DNA from: Dicyema japonicum
Taxonomy: Eukaryota > Animalia > Dicyemida
Length of the DNA stretch: 64,000 nt
NCBI GenBank assembly: GCA_011109175.1
Contig: RDEW01000010.1
Location: 1,309,238 to 1,373,237, forward strand
Direction of reading: 5' to 3'
Both the position numbers and the translations under genes were made by a program. Below are positions 37,330-49,989 of the stretch, one piece after another; positions within the stretch are counted from its first letter, which is position 1, and every line of letters begins with the position of its first letter. The notes under the pieces were generated by a model. The model had not been told where the DNA came from and did not search any database. It was given only the letters and a program-made list of their open reading frames with translations.

Positions 37330-39970
37330 AAAAGTTAATTATAAAAAAGACACCAGATGAACCCATCTTCTCTCAGAGGCGTCCTCATCCTCTCTAGATC
37401 CAACAAAGTCTCGATAGGTACGTTGCTCCAGTGATTTCCCACGTAAGATGCACGCGACGTGACCTCTTTACAAGGTCCTCGAAAGAGATTTCCAGTATTA
37501 TAACGCTTGTTATTCAATAAATAGACTGGTTAACGATGTTCCCATCATGTAGATATATGGGAGAATGTTGGGCCAATAATAGTCTTTGATGCCTTTTGAA
37601 TAGTTGATGGTCGATGTTCTTGAAACAAACAAAGACCAAGCCTCACTTGCATGGGGCAACGTCGGCTGGACAAACTATTTGTAGATCATCTGAAAGCATC
37701 TAGCGTCACTTCTGAGAGCCTTGAAACGACTTTTAATAATCGTCATCCTTTCAGTGCAGCCGTTACTCGGTTATCCAAATGCTTTGGGAAATAGAGTCCT
37801 TGGTCGAGTGTCACTCCAAGTATATTTGGTGTGTAATTGATGGGAATTACTCTGTTATTGAGAGAAATGTTAGGTTTCAATAAATAGTCCCTCTTGCACG
37901 TTGTAAATAGAATAATGTAGGATTTTGTAGGGGAAGCTTCAAGAGGGAGTTTCTTAAGCTAAGAAATTAAATTGTTAAGCATGTTCTGGGCAATCGTGGT
38001 AGCAGACTTTTTTTCCTTTGCAGCGATAATGATATCGTCCGAGTATGATAGTAGAAGACAATTTTCGTAGTGCGGTTTCGGAATGTCATTGATGTACAGG
38101 TTGAAAAGGGCTGGCGATAGTGGGGATCCTCGAGGGATTCTATTTGGTAGGAGACGGGATTTTGACTTTATGTTATTGCAAATCACTTTTCCACGTCTCC
38201 CACTTAAGAAATTGGCAATCCATAGTTTTATGTTTGGGTGGATGCATGTATCGTAAATTTTCTCAGTAAGGAGTTTTCTTGAGACTGTGTCGAAAGCCTT
38301 TGTTAAATCAGCAGAGACCAAGACTGTTCGTTGGTCTGGTTTAGTGTAATTGAATCCCTCCGCAATGAACTGGCACAGGGACGTTAGGTATGTTGCTGTG
38401 GAGTGTTTAGCCCGGAATCCACGTTGGAAAAGAGAGAGCAGGATGTAGTCTTTGATATTTAAAAAAACTAATCTTTGGAGTATTCGGGAAAATGAACATA
38501 GGATCTAGATTGGTCTATAGGAAGAGGAGTTATTTTCGGATTTTCCTGGCTTCAAGATCGGTTTGATGTATGATCTCTTCCAGACATCCGGAATAATGTT
38601 CCTATTTATTGATATTGTGAATATGTAAGCAATTAAATCTAAAACAAGTGGTTCTAGATGCATTAGTTCCGTTGTATAAATATTTTCTGGACCTCGGGCT
38701 TTGGAGTTTCGGGCCTTTGATATTGCTCACTGGACGTCCTTCGCCGTAAATATGGTCCACACATATGATCTTTTCGGTTTTATTCTGTTTAAGAGTACTT
38801 AGTGTTCTTTGGAGTAGTTTTTGTGTGCTATGGAAGCATAGTATTTCATTAAGGTGTTTGGTTTTAGTGATATCCCATTTCATCTAAAGACCTTTTGATA
38901 GACTTGATTTTGTTCCAGACCTTCTGTACCGACGGATTTTCTGTTAGGACTTTGATAGTTCTGTCCAGCGTTTCTCGTTTGTTTTACTAATATATTTGTT
39001 GATCTCCTTGTTTAGTGTACGAATTCTTATTATATCCTCATTCGACGGTATGTTCTTTTTCTTTAAATAGTTTTTCTTTGACTAAATGTTTGGTTGTTGA
39101 ATTGAATTGCCTGTTTGTCGGTTGACTTCCCATTGGAATTTATATTTTTCTAGCTTCTTGAATTAACGTGAGCTTTATAATGCTGTTTAGTGATGAGGCA
39201 TCATGTAGTTTTGATGACTTGATCTGCATGTCAATAACTCGCAAATCTTGTCCAGTCAGCAAGGTTATAGTTTATCAAAGTATGGAGTGACCTTCGATAA
39301 GTTGATCTTGTTTTTATTTGTAAAATGATCGGATTATGATCACTCAGAGTTTCGTATTTCACGCTCCATGAAATTGAAGAAGCCAGATTGGGAGACGCGA
39401 TTGAAACGTCAGGGGATGACAGTTTATCATTTTGTCTTGAAGGGGTTCTTTTGTGAAAGTTAGGGTCGTTTAGGATGCAAAAGGTTCCCAAGTCTTCGAT
39501 TAGCATATCTCCCCGCCTGTTTGACGTCTGACCTCTCAGCAATAGCGGATATTTTGTATTTAGATCATCGCAAATAAGAACGTTCTTGAGCTGATCGACG
39601 AAAGTTTTAGGCAATTGGCTGATGATGAAGGAGTAGATATGAATTGATCAGAGGGAGTTGGATTTTTGTGTACAGAATTTCGATACTTTCATGGTTTTGG
39701 AGATGGTTGTAGACGTATTTGGTGATATCTTCATAAAGGATCCCGTTTCGTATGATAATTAGTAAGCCTCTCCCAAGTTTTCCACGTCTATCTCTGCGGA
39801 TAACTGAGTATCCAGGAAATTTTGAAGTTGTGTTCGCACTTCTGAGTTTAATTTCTATTCATTTTTAAATAAATGTTAGACCCTTCACAATTTATTTGGA
39901 AGCCGCTATGAAGGAACTTCAAAAAGGAAAAAACATCGAAAAAGCCGCGTGGCGCATGTGGTGCTGCGTG
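37330..39970 (-). mobile_element. near full-length Vingi-like LINE, frameshifted
   Basis: ICDDLN..SDHNP (APE); ADLTKAFDTVSR, IPRGSPLSPALF and YSDD (RT). Confidence 0.85.
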
Positions 39971-40019
39971 GTTAATTGGTTGAAGTTTTCCGCTTGCTTG
40001 TCTGTTCCTCCTCTCTCTT

Positions 40020-40256
40020 CCTATTAGAGTGGCGTCATGTGATCCACCTGTCTAGGTGACGCCCAGTGTCAGGCCGGCACGAAAAAGGATCATTTGCTCT
40101 TCCCCACTCCAGTGGAGGGGTTTCCACAACTGCATGTAATGGACGTCTTACCTTTTATGCTGATTCCGGATGGACTCTGTAGAAGTGGAAACTGGATACA
40201 CTTAATTAGTTGTTTACTTTAACTTCTTTCTCGGTGTATCCGGGGTTAATAAATAA
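40020..40256 (+). mobile_element. 5'-truncated Vingi-like 3' end with hairpin and (TAAA)n tail
   Basis: ...ETGYT* ORF end, inverted repeat 40192-40201/40234-40243, TAAA repeats. Confidence 0.7.
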
Positions 40257-41107
40257 ATGAAGGAACTTAGACCGTTATACCAAGGAAAGACGAAAGAAGT
40301 GATCTACGCGAACGATGTATACCTAATTTCTGAAGACAAAGTGGTCCTGGAAAACCTATTAGAAAAAGCACCAGATGTACTAGGAAAATGGTTTCTTACT
40401 GTGAACAGAATGAAAACAGAACTCACAGAGATAAGAAGGATGAGTAACGTCCTAGAAGAGAAGTGGCGACAAGTAAAGAAACTCGGTTCACTTATGGGAG
40501 ATAGCGAAGATATCTTACGTAGGAAAACTCTAGCCAATGCTGCGTTATATAAACTGAAGAAAATATGGCTTTATCAAAGAGGTATCGACACGAAAATGAG
40601 AATCCTATTATACGACTCATTCATAAAACCCGTACTTTTATATAACGCTGGAACTTGGGCGACCTCATCAGCGGATATGGAATAACTAGACTCGTTCCAC
40701 AGAGGTCAGTTGAGAAAAATAACAGAACTACTTGGACTACGAGAATATCGAGAAATGCTTTATATAAGAGATGCATTACTAGACCTATCAGCTTAGAAGT
40801 ACTGGAATCCCGATGGATGCTCTTCGGACACGTACTGAGGATGAAATTAAATCCCCACCGAACATATCTATGGAAACATACTATGTTAGTCAAGAAGGCA
40901 GCTATCGTGGAAGACCTAGAACAACACTGCCAATAGCCTTACAAAAAGACCTGGTCAATATCAAAAGAAATCTAAAAAATGCCGACGACCTGGACAACAT
41001 GAGAGCCTTGGCTAGGAACAGGGGAGCATGGAAAAGGATGACATTTAACCTTGTTTCTTTTGCTGCACATAATTAGTATGGCTCTCGTGAAGTGCTTAAA
41101 TAATAAA
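40257..41107 (+). mobile_element. RTE-like LINE 3' portion
   Basis: YAND, RILLYDSFIKPVLLYNAGTW and RGRPRTTL; short TAA tail. Confidence 0.85.
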
Positions 41108-41170
41108 TGTTAGACCCTCATTATTAATCTAATTTATTGTATAATTTTTAAATAATTAATATTCATTGTG

Positions 41171-41735
41171 ATGTCATTCTCATCGTTTTGGAAAAGCTCA
41201 GTAAAAGAAACTTACAGAATATTTGACGTTGTTGAACGGAATTTTAGTTCAATCTTAACATCTGAGGCTTTGGTAATCAAATTATTAACAAACAGGAAAA
41301 ACTAAACAACGACAAACGCGTGCGACTTCTCTCCCGTTCAAGCGGTATGTTCTTGAGAATAATAAGGACTGATAATGCTGGACTTGCCATTGATTTGACG
41401 GTAGAAGAGAAGGACGCTGTTTTGTGGGAGGTCATCAACTTTGGAAGAAATGTGGTGGCTTTACATAACAACAGCAACTATTTGTGTATGAGAGAGGGAT
41501 CCCTGATTGTGATAAACTTTGTAATTTTTGATTACTCACGCTTTAGGGTGGTGAATGTCGAATACCCCCGTCGTGTATGTTTTTGGGCAGATCTACTAGT
41601 GGGAAGTTTGTGTCATTCGAGAATGAAGGATACAAGAAATCATTCATGGGAGTACTTCCTCATGGACAGTTGAAAAATGGATTTGCTGGGCATAAAGACG
41701 ACGCTGATTGTCACTTTTCTGTTATTTCCGAATAA
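41171..41735 (+). CDS. fibroblast growth factor, FGF8/17/18-like; introns 41273-41295 and 41509(or 41521)-41546
   Basis: spliced product RVRLLSRSSG...EVINFGRNV...YLCMREGSLI...SCMF...FENEGY..FMG..HGQLKNG...CHF aligns with the FGF core; the second intron is at the conserved FGF position after YLCM..GxL. Confidence 0.8.
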
Positions 41736-42240
41736 TATTATTTATTACTTAATCATGACAATAGCATATTGAGAACCACATGAATACACTAGTATACAAG
41801 ACCTATGGGACTATGAACATTATTTGCCTTGCCGCTAACACACACCTTGGAATGCGACAACGGACTGCTGGAAACATGTCACTGGGCCACCCAAAATCGT
41901 TATTACTGGCAAAACAACAACGAGAAATATGGATAGAGTCTAAATACGAGCTGAAAGAATTATTATCAAAAATTATGAATTGAGAAAAACGGAGAATGTC
42001 AACTGAGAACTATGGACCTGTATAGATCTGTATTAGCTGGATAAACTTGAGATGATTTCTAAAACTGTCAGTCTCTAAGTGCTGCTGTCACCCAGTTATC
42101 TATTCGCCAGGCGAAAGATAGTCTTTGATTGAATATAACTGCCAGAATGATAGCCACGCAGTCAGGGCAAAAACAAAATGAAGTAAAAATGTATAAAAAA
42201 ATAATCATTTTGTCCAAATTAAAATATAAAAGAATTAATA

Positions 42241-42586
42241 TTAAACTAAGGATAATAGAAGTAAGGATGGTAGTAAGTAATTTAGGAATCTATTGGGTTT
42301 TTCAGAAGATGATTTTATATCAGTTTCAGCATTTTCCAGATGCATCATACTCATAATAAAATCAGAAATTATTGGAATTGTGGTGAGTTTTTCTGTTGTA
42401 GTGGTAGTCGTGCTATTAATGGTTGTAGTAGTTTCTGGTTCTGATCCTCCTGATGGTGGGTTAAAAATTGCATCAGCTGTAAGACTGATAATAATTCCTG
42501 CGATTATAGTTCCTGATGAAGAAGGACAAAATAATAAAAAGCCTATGTTAACTTTAAATTCTACCAATTAAAATTGTACTCATCAT
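42241..42586 (-). CDS. small mucin-like protein, predicted secreted and GPI-anchored (107 aa); intron 42543-42564
   Basis: after splicing: MMSTILIGFLLFCPSSSG signal-like start, poly-Thr tract, hydrophobic C-terminus FLNYLLPSLLLLSLV*. Confidence 0.6.
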
Positions 42587-42657
42587 TTTATTACAAAAAT
42601 AAGTGACTATTATATATTAAATGAAATATTATAATATTCAATTTAATTATATTTCAA

Positions 42658-42723
42658 TTATTAAATTATGTAATTTCATCCCCATATTATTAAATTATGT
42701 AATTTCATCCTCCATATTATTAA
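42658..42723. repeat. about 29-bp tandem duplication upstream of the mucin-like gene
   Basis: ttattaaattatgtaatttcatcc(c/t)ccata occurs twice. Confidence 0.8.
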
Positions 42724-42819
42724 CCGGTTGCTTTGACTTTGTCTAAGGTGGTTTATAGAGATATGGTTTTATTAAAATCATTTTAATTACTTTTTCTTGC
42801 CCTCCCCGTTGTTAGTGTC

Positions 42820-43260
42820 AGGACCTTGATGACGATACTGTCCGCACCTGTATCTCCATCAGACTTGGACTGAAGATTTGTCAGACTCACAGGTGCTGGT
42901 GTGGTGGACCTCTAATACACTGTAAACGGTTGGGATTTGAATTTAAAAAAATATATTTATATTTCGAAGAAAACAGAGAATAGTCGTAGAGCGAGAGATA
43001 ACTCCACCATATCAACTAATTTATTGGAGACATTCTGACTGGACTATCCAACAAAAGACCTGACAACTATCTTCCTATGGGAAAGGGGTAGTCGCCTTGG
43101 ATGCCAACTGTGTGGATGGATTGCATTTCCTCCTTCAGCCTTTCGTATACGGAACTCACCCAGGGTCGGAAGAGTCGATATCCTTAGGAAAAAGAAATAC
43201 AAAAAATCTCGACAGTTCATATTCTAGCCAGTCTCCTCGAAACATCAGAATATATTTTTG
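42820..43260 (+). mobile_element. degenerate CRE fragment
   Basis: LDDDTVRTCISIRLGLKICQTHRCWCG, then a frameshifted KRPD..DANCVD motif. Confidence 0.75.
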
Positions 43261-43980
43261 TTAACTTGAATATTCCAAGTGAATTATTAAAGCATAGTAA
43301 TTAAATATATTTATCATTTGGATTTATAGAGTAATTGGGTATGCCACAATATCCCCCTACAAAATCCACTGGTGAAGATTACCATTATCCAAACTCTTCC
43401 GTCATTAATGGTGATCTCCGGAAAGGTAGGGCGTGTGATGAAAATGCAAGAGGGCGACCAACTTGACCTCTCTTCGGAAGCCTGTAATGGAATATGAAAG
43501 ATAAATCGGTCGACACAAAAATAAATTCTCTGAGTTTTTTCCTTGGACCATTTTTTTGAAAAAATAACAAAAAAATAAAAAATATTAATAATTTATGACA
43601 GTTTGTGGGGTACAAAAGATAAATGAATAGAATAACTGCCAGAATATGGAATTGCAGCTATTATTCAGAAATATATTCAAAATTCTTTATTTTCAAATTG
43701 TATTCCAATGATCAGGAGACGAGCACGACAACGAAAAGATGGAGAAGACTAACGGAAAGGATAGTCGAAAACATGGTATAAGGGAAACCATAAACAGTGT
43801 TTACTGGTAACGCGGATGTGCTTTAACTAACTATTCCAATGATTATTCAATTGATAAAATTTTGTAATAAAAAACAATTAAATACAGTAAACCACATTAA
43901 TGAATCGAACTTTAACGATGATTCCATAAAACAGGCTTCAATAAACCTGAAACTGAAATCCGCAGTCCGAATGACATTTA

Positions 43981-46500
43981 TTATTATTGAAACCAAAAAT
44001 CACCGACAAATTAAATAAATACATATCCGTCAGGTGATTCCGGTCGCCTCGACTAGCCATCTCATTCTTGCTCGGTGTTCCTCCAAGGATCCAACGCATT
44101 TCCCGATCGGGTGGGGGTTTCTATCTTTTTTGGGGGTAGTAAGGCTCCGATTTTCCTCACTAATTCCTCAAATGGTGTAGGGTTTAGAGGTTATTGGGAA
44201 AACCTTTGCAGAGCCTTACTGGCCGTTTTTTGGAATGTATGGATTTTTTTCATATTCGCGTTTGATAGTGTGGTTCCCCATGCAGCACACCAGTAAGTTA
44301 GAGACGGTTGAATATACTGCACGTAAAGCGAGTCCAAATTTGAGTTGAAACACCCCTTATATTGTCCAAGGAGTGTTTTAATAGAATTTAGCTTCATTGT
44401 GTGGTGACAGTGAGATCCCTGAAGGACCTTGATCATCGACCTAGTTTTTCACTCTTCCTCTTCTTCCATTTAGAAAATTAGCATCCAGATTTTCAGGTTG
44501 TTTGGGATTTTTGACGTGAAGATCTTCCTTATCAAAAGCTTTCTTGAGACAGTGTCGAAAGCTTTTTCTATATCGATGGGGCATATCAATGACTTCTGAT
44601 GAGGTTTGCGTTTTAGGCCATCCTTGATGAAATTTGTAAGGCATGTAAGATACGTTTCTGTAGAGTGCCCTTTTCTGAATCCGTGTTGAAAAGGTGCATC
44701 CAAATGGTTTGATTAGTTCAAGAATCAGCTTTTCCAAAATTTTTGATGTAACACATAGGAGAGATATTGGTCTGTATGAGGCTGGTGATCCCTTTGGTCG
44801 CCTGGGTTTCAGCTTCCATATAGTAGGAATACAATTTTCGTTGATTGAAAAATTTGGTGAGGTCTATGATAGCAAGGGGCCTATATTTTTCAGAACTATT
44901 GCAGGGATTCCGCCCGGACCGCAGGAATAAGTCGACTTTTGACCCTTAACCAATTTCTGCACGTTCTCCACAGAGAGGATAATCGGGGAGGTGGCTTTTT
45001 TAGGTTTGAGGGCTAGGATGGGTGGACCTTCTAATTTCTTGTGTGGGATGAAACTCGTGGAGGAGTAGTACTTCATAAGTTTGTTTAGGAAGATCTTGTT
45101 TCCATTTCTTCACGTGCGGCCGGGTTGTCAGCGTTAATAAAGCTTCTAAGTGTTTTCCACATTTTTGTAAGGGAGTTCTGCTTGTTTAGATTGGACATGA
45201 GGTTTTTCCAAACTTTCTCTTGTTTTTTTTGCATTGTTCCTGATCTCTCTTTCTAATTTACGAATTCTCAATCTTGTTTCCCAGGATTGTTTTTGGAGGC
45301 TTTTTAGGTAATTTCTTTTTTTATGAGTGGATCGGCTCTGGGAGAAGGCATCTTTCTTGAACTCAGTGGCCTTCTTTTAATACAAATTTTCATTCCCTCG
45401 CGTACCACTCTATTAAAATAGTGTAGTGCTTTATCGATGTTGAAATTAGATAAATGAAAGTCAAATACATAATAGTCGACAAAATTTGATAAATTTTCCA
45501 GTCGACATTTTTGTAGTCGGTAAAAATAACAGGTTTCTTTACAATTGACACTCTTCCTTCAAACGTAATCATAACGGGATTATGGTCACTGCTGGTCTCG
45601 TATAGCACTGTCCATTTTGTTAATGTTGAGATGTTTGGTGAGGCAAGAGTGAGATCGGGGGACGATGTCTTGTCATTCGCTCTGTAAGGGGGAGTCCTTG
45701 TATTGAATAGAGTTGTAAAATATTACCAGGTCATCCAGATTTGATAACAATTTTTCCTCTGACATCGCATGATTGGTTCTTGAACCATGTCGAATGCTTT
45801 GCGTTTAGATCTCCACAAAGTAACATATTTTTTGATTTGTCTTCGAAAGAAACTGAATTCCTTGGGGCATGAGTTAGGGTGGAACATACACATTCAAAAT
45901 GTTTATGTTTCCGATACTTGTCTGACTGAAATACCAATATATTCGACGGGAGACATGAGATTGACAAAAGTTTCGTTTGCGTACGGAATTTCTTTTTTGA
46001 TAAGGTAAGCAGTCCACCCCCGCCCAGCTGGGCGGTCACGCCTGAAGACGGGAGTGGAAGAAGACGTAGTTTGTCTTGTTTCTTGGAGTAGGCAAATGTC
46101 AGTATTATACTTTTTAAGAGGTTTCTAAATTCGATGATTTTCCCTTTCACTCCATTTATGTTTAGTTGAATAAAAATAAGGGGTTTTAGAGGTCCAGGAT
46201 TAGGGTTTACATCGCCGGCAAAGCATTAGGTGGGCTTCCATCAAGACAGGAGAGAGGTCAGTGGGCGACCGTCCGAGAAGGACATTCCTCTTGGATTGAA
46301 CGTAGTGCATGGTTCTTTTGTCTGGGATATATAGTCCACAGTTTACGTCACCAAAAACAGCGTACCACATGACGAATAATTAAAATTAAAAATTTCAAAT
46401 TAATTTATTTTGTGTTTATTCTACATTTAAACGGATTTACATTTTAAATTTAAAATTTTTCAAAAATCGTCGCGTGGCGTTATGTGGTGCTACTTTTTGA
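43981..46500 (-). mobile_element. Vingi-like LINE with 2A-like motif, APE, internally deleted RT, terminal hairpin and (TAA)n tail
   Basis: AGDVNPNPGP, QLNING, CGDLNAKH, SDHNP, QHGFR and DIEKAFDTVSR; ...TGIT* end; (TTA)n runs on both flanks. Confidence 0.85.
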
Positions 46501-47007
46501 TTATTATTATTATTCTTATATATGAATACAAATAAATTACAATGAATTTAGTATATTTATTCCCTTCACAATCTAAAAGGCATCGAAATTTGTTTTGTTT
46601 GGAATAATGAGGGTTTACTGGGATTACCTAAATGTCTGACTTTTTCTTTCTTTCTCGGTCATCCCGTGGTTCTAAATAAATGATGAATTACTGCATTGCA
46701 AGTTATGCTAATTATAAAGTTCTGCTAATAAATTATGAAAATGCTAATAAATTCTAATTAATCGAATTTCAATGACTATTTTATGCATGAAAGGATAAAC
46801 CTATACTGGAAATACTTTCGGATGCCTATGATCCCCCAAGTTTGACTGCTACTGAATATCCTCCTGGTTATTGATTATTTATATTTTAAAATATATTAAT
46901 GAATTTATTTAATTAATTTAAACTGGGTTATTGAGAGTTATTCTTTGTGTGGTTTGTCTCCGGTTTTTAACATTTTATTACAATCTGTCTTATTTGTACT
47001 ATAGAAG

Positions 47008-47454
47008 ATGCCTACAGCGAGAAAAAGCAGTAGACCCCGAGTTCATTCACGTCAAATCCCTAGAATAGAGCAAACCCCACAAAGACATCGATTACAGTAC
47101 ATTTCTGTCGGAAGTCTTTCATTTTTTGTGAATGTCTTGGAAATAAATTCCCCATTCGTAGTTTTGTAGTAAAATTTGTAGCATAGACCTCTCACACGGA
47201 AGAAAATATTGGAGAACTTCAAGATTGTATACCTGCGTACCCTGAGGCCAGATCTGAACCCAAAGGAAATGGGATGTTGTTCTATTTGTCTGAAAGACCT
47301 GTTACCGAGATCCCAAGTCATTGAATTGGATGTAAGCACTACTTTCATCAATTCTGTATTTGCAAATGGCTCACAGTAACCAATCTCCTTATTGTAGGTT
47401 CATTATACCCCTGAATGTCCCGTCTGTAGAGCCCACGTGGATATTCTTAGTTAA
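47008..47454 (+). CDS. RING-H2 zinc-finger (E3 ligase-like) protein; introns 47158-47181 and 47376-47397; apparent 1-nt deletion near 47328; 5' end uncertain
   Basis: CSIC...GCKHYFHQFC..KW...CPVCR after splicing and restoring one G. Confidence 0.75.
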
Positions 47455-47499
47455 ACCTATAGTTTATTATGTTTTTTCTTAATGAATAATTTGTTAGTT

Positions 47500-48830
47500 A
47501 TTGTAAGATTGAGAGTTTGTTGTGGGTCTCTTATTGAGATTAGTAAGATTGATTTATACTACGTATATATTATGGAAGGTTCATTTTCAGATTTTAATAT
47601 ATGAACATAGAGGACTGGACAGATGGAGGAATATGCAGTCATTCCTTAGAATCGATGACTCCGACAGGGAAGTGAGAAGGTAGGGTCTGTTCGACTCTGT
47701 AAAATGTGTAGTCCTGTTGTGTAAGGAGCTAATAAGTTAATAGCGCACAGTTTATTACGTGAGACTGTCACAATATACCTGAACTACCATGATCACCATG
47801 GAGTGGGAACTGTTCCCACAAGTGATATCATCAGCATAGGATAAAATTAATGTTTGTGAATAGTCAATATGTTGGAGAAGGAACAAATTAAATAATTTGC
47901 GGCAAGTCCTATAAGACTCCATATGGAAAAAGTCAAGATCTTGACCTGCTGTTACCCAGGTATACTCTCCCACGTTTGTCGGAATAATAGGGATGATGTT
48001 GGAGTCAAAAATCTTTTCTGTAACGATATGTCCTTAAGACATAGTTAACTCTTTTTGAACATGAATAGAAGTCAACCCTTGTGCATAGGGGGATTTAGAA
48101 CATTAAAGGTGTCCATAATAAATTCCGATAAAGTTGTCAAGTGCGTTGTAGTAGATCTACTAATTTGGAAGTGAACAGATAGACCCGGCAGGTCGAGAAT
48201 AATCGTCATAAGAACTGGAGGGTGTTCATATTAACTGATAAGTTGTATACACACGTATTTAATCCATCAATGCTTCAGGTGAATTGAAGACACTTTTTCG
48301 AGGAAACAGAGGAATTTCATAGAAAGCCAACTGTCTTCTTGCTCTGCAGTAAAAAATGCATAATGAATTGGAATTATGTAACAAAACAATCAAAGTAATC
48401 CAACTGAGATAATTGACTGCTTGTTTCCCCTGCCAACTGCCAGAGAAATCCTTTAGAACAGCCACACGGTTTCCTAAGAAATATATCCTAAGTCACGGTA
48501 TAAAGTAAAAAGCCGCAATTTCTGTCGAATAGAGTTCCCCAAAATCCTTTCAACTTGTACATAATATGATTTTCTTGTTTTATTACGCCGACAACATTGT
48601 CCATGCTTCCAGACATCAAGACTATTAAGTTGCCATGGAGTTGTCCAGACATGTTACATCAGCTAACACATGCTCCTTCCAAATCGTTTATGACACTTAT
48701 CACTACGGGCAAAACACTTTCATATCCAATCAAATATCCTACTCGATAACTACACTGTCAACTGGGGACCTATGGGCAGACGGTTACATTTTTTACTTTG
48801 AAAAGGTAAATTCAAATAACTTTAAATTTT
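47500..48830 (-). mobile_element. degenerate Vingi-like LINE
   Basis: YADDI and decayed GVPQG-like motifs. Confidence 0.55.
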
Positions 48831-49989
48831 ATTTTTTATAGTGACAACCATAAATATCTAGTTTGATTTCCAGCGTGATTCAGAATATTTTTTGTAGTGG
48901 CTTCCTACAGAGGTTTCGTAAAAGATAGTTTGGAGTAAGAAATTTTGAAAGATGATGTGCAAAATAAATTCCCTGAACATATTACGAGGCAAAGAAAATA
49001 TAATGAAAAATAATGTAATTATCAGAAAAGTCACTCGAAAATGTAAAGTTTGTAAATTTTCGTATCCATTAAAAATTTTGATTTTTTTAAATTGTGGATT
49101 AGACATATAAATCACCATATTTTTGCTTCTTGGACGAATGAAAGATTAAACGAAAATCATCGTATGTACGAACGTTCCGGAATTCACCCCCTGACAGGTA
49201 GGGAGCTAATTCCTATACTTTGGTTCCATACTCCCCGTAAACCCAATATGAAAGATTTTTTACATGTTATTTCTAGATAACAGAATAGATCTTAGCAGTC
49301 ATTGACATAGTATGCTGGTTTTTTATTTATTTTATTTAACAACCCAAAACCACTATAAGACGAAACTAATTAACACGTGATACATTCCGACAGCGACCTC
49401 GTCTTTAAATAATTTTAATAGATTTGCATTTGTCAGACCACTCTAATAAGTTTGCAAATAAATTTTGTGAAAACTTAAGATCTTTATTTTTTGAATTGTT
49501 CGACTCCTGAGCAAATAAGAGATTCAAAGAATTGTTCGAAATTAGATAAAGATTCCAAGGGGAAATATGGAATGTGGGAATGGTAAGAATTATAATGGTT
49601 AATTTAATTACTAAAATTTTTATTTTAACTTTATAAATTAATTAGTAAATTAAACTTAGTTGAAGGTTCAAAGATAGAAAATCACAAAAATTGATAAAAC
49701 AGACATTTTTATTATTACTCCCATGATCAATGTGTCATAAGACATAAATCAAAGTTCTCAACTAACTAAGTGATTCCAGGCAAACAAGGGCGAGTACGAG
49801 TCCAGCGGGGTCGAAAATTATGTACAACTCTTTATATCGGACATGGCTCATTGATAAAAAAAATCTGGTCATTTTCATGTTATTTTGTTTTTCTTCGATC
49901 ATCATAAAAAATCTATAAATTTTCATTTTCTAATTATATCCTGATTAGTTTGGCTGTCTTTTTAATCATGTTGTTTTCTAGTGACATAA

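Noticed and set aside
42135-43645. 14-bp direct repeat ataactgccagaat flanking the mucin-like gene, as a possible TSD of a gene-carrying insertion
   Set aside because: The flanks do not clearly rejoin into one element, and such a match is plausible by chance
48850-49280. Possible small multi-exon gene on the plus strand
   Set aside because: Intron-like segments are present, but no consistent open frame or homology
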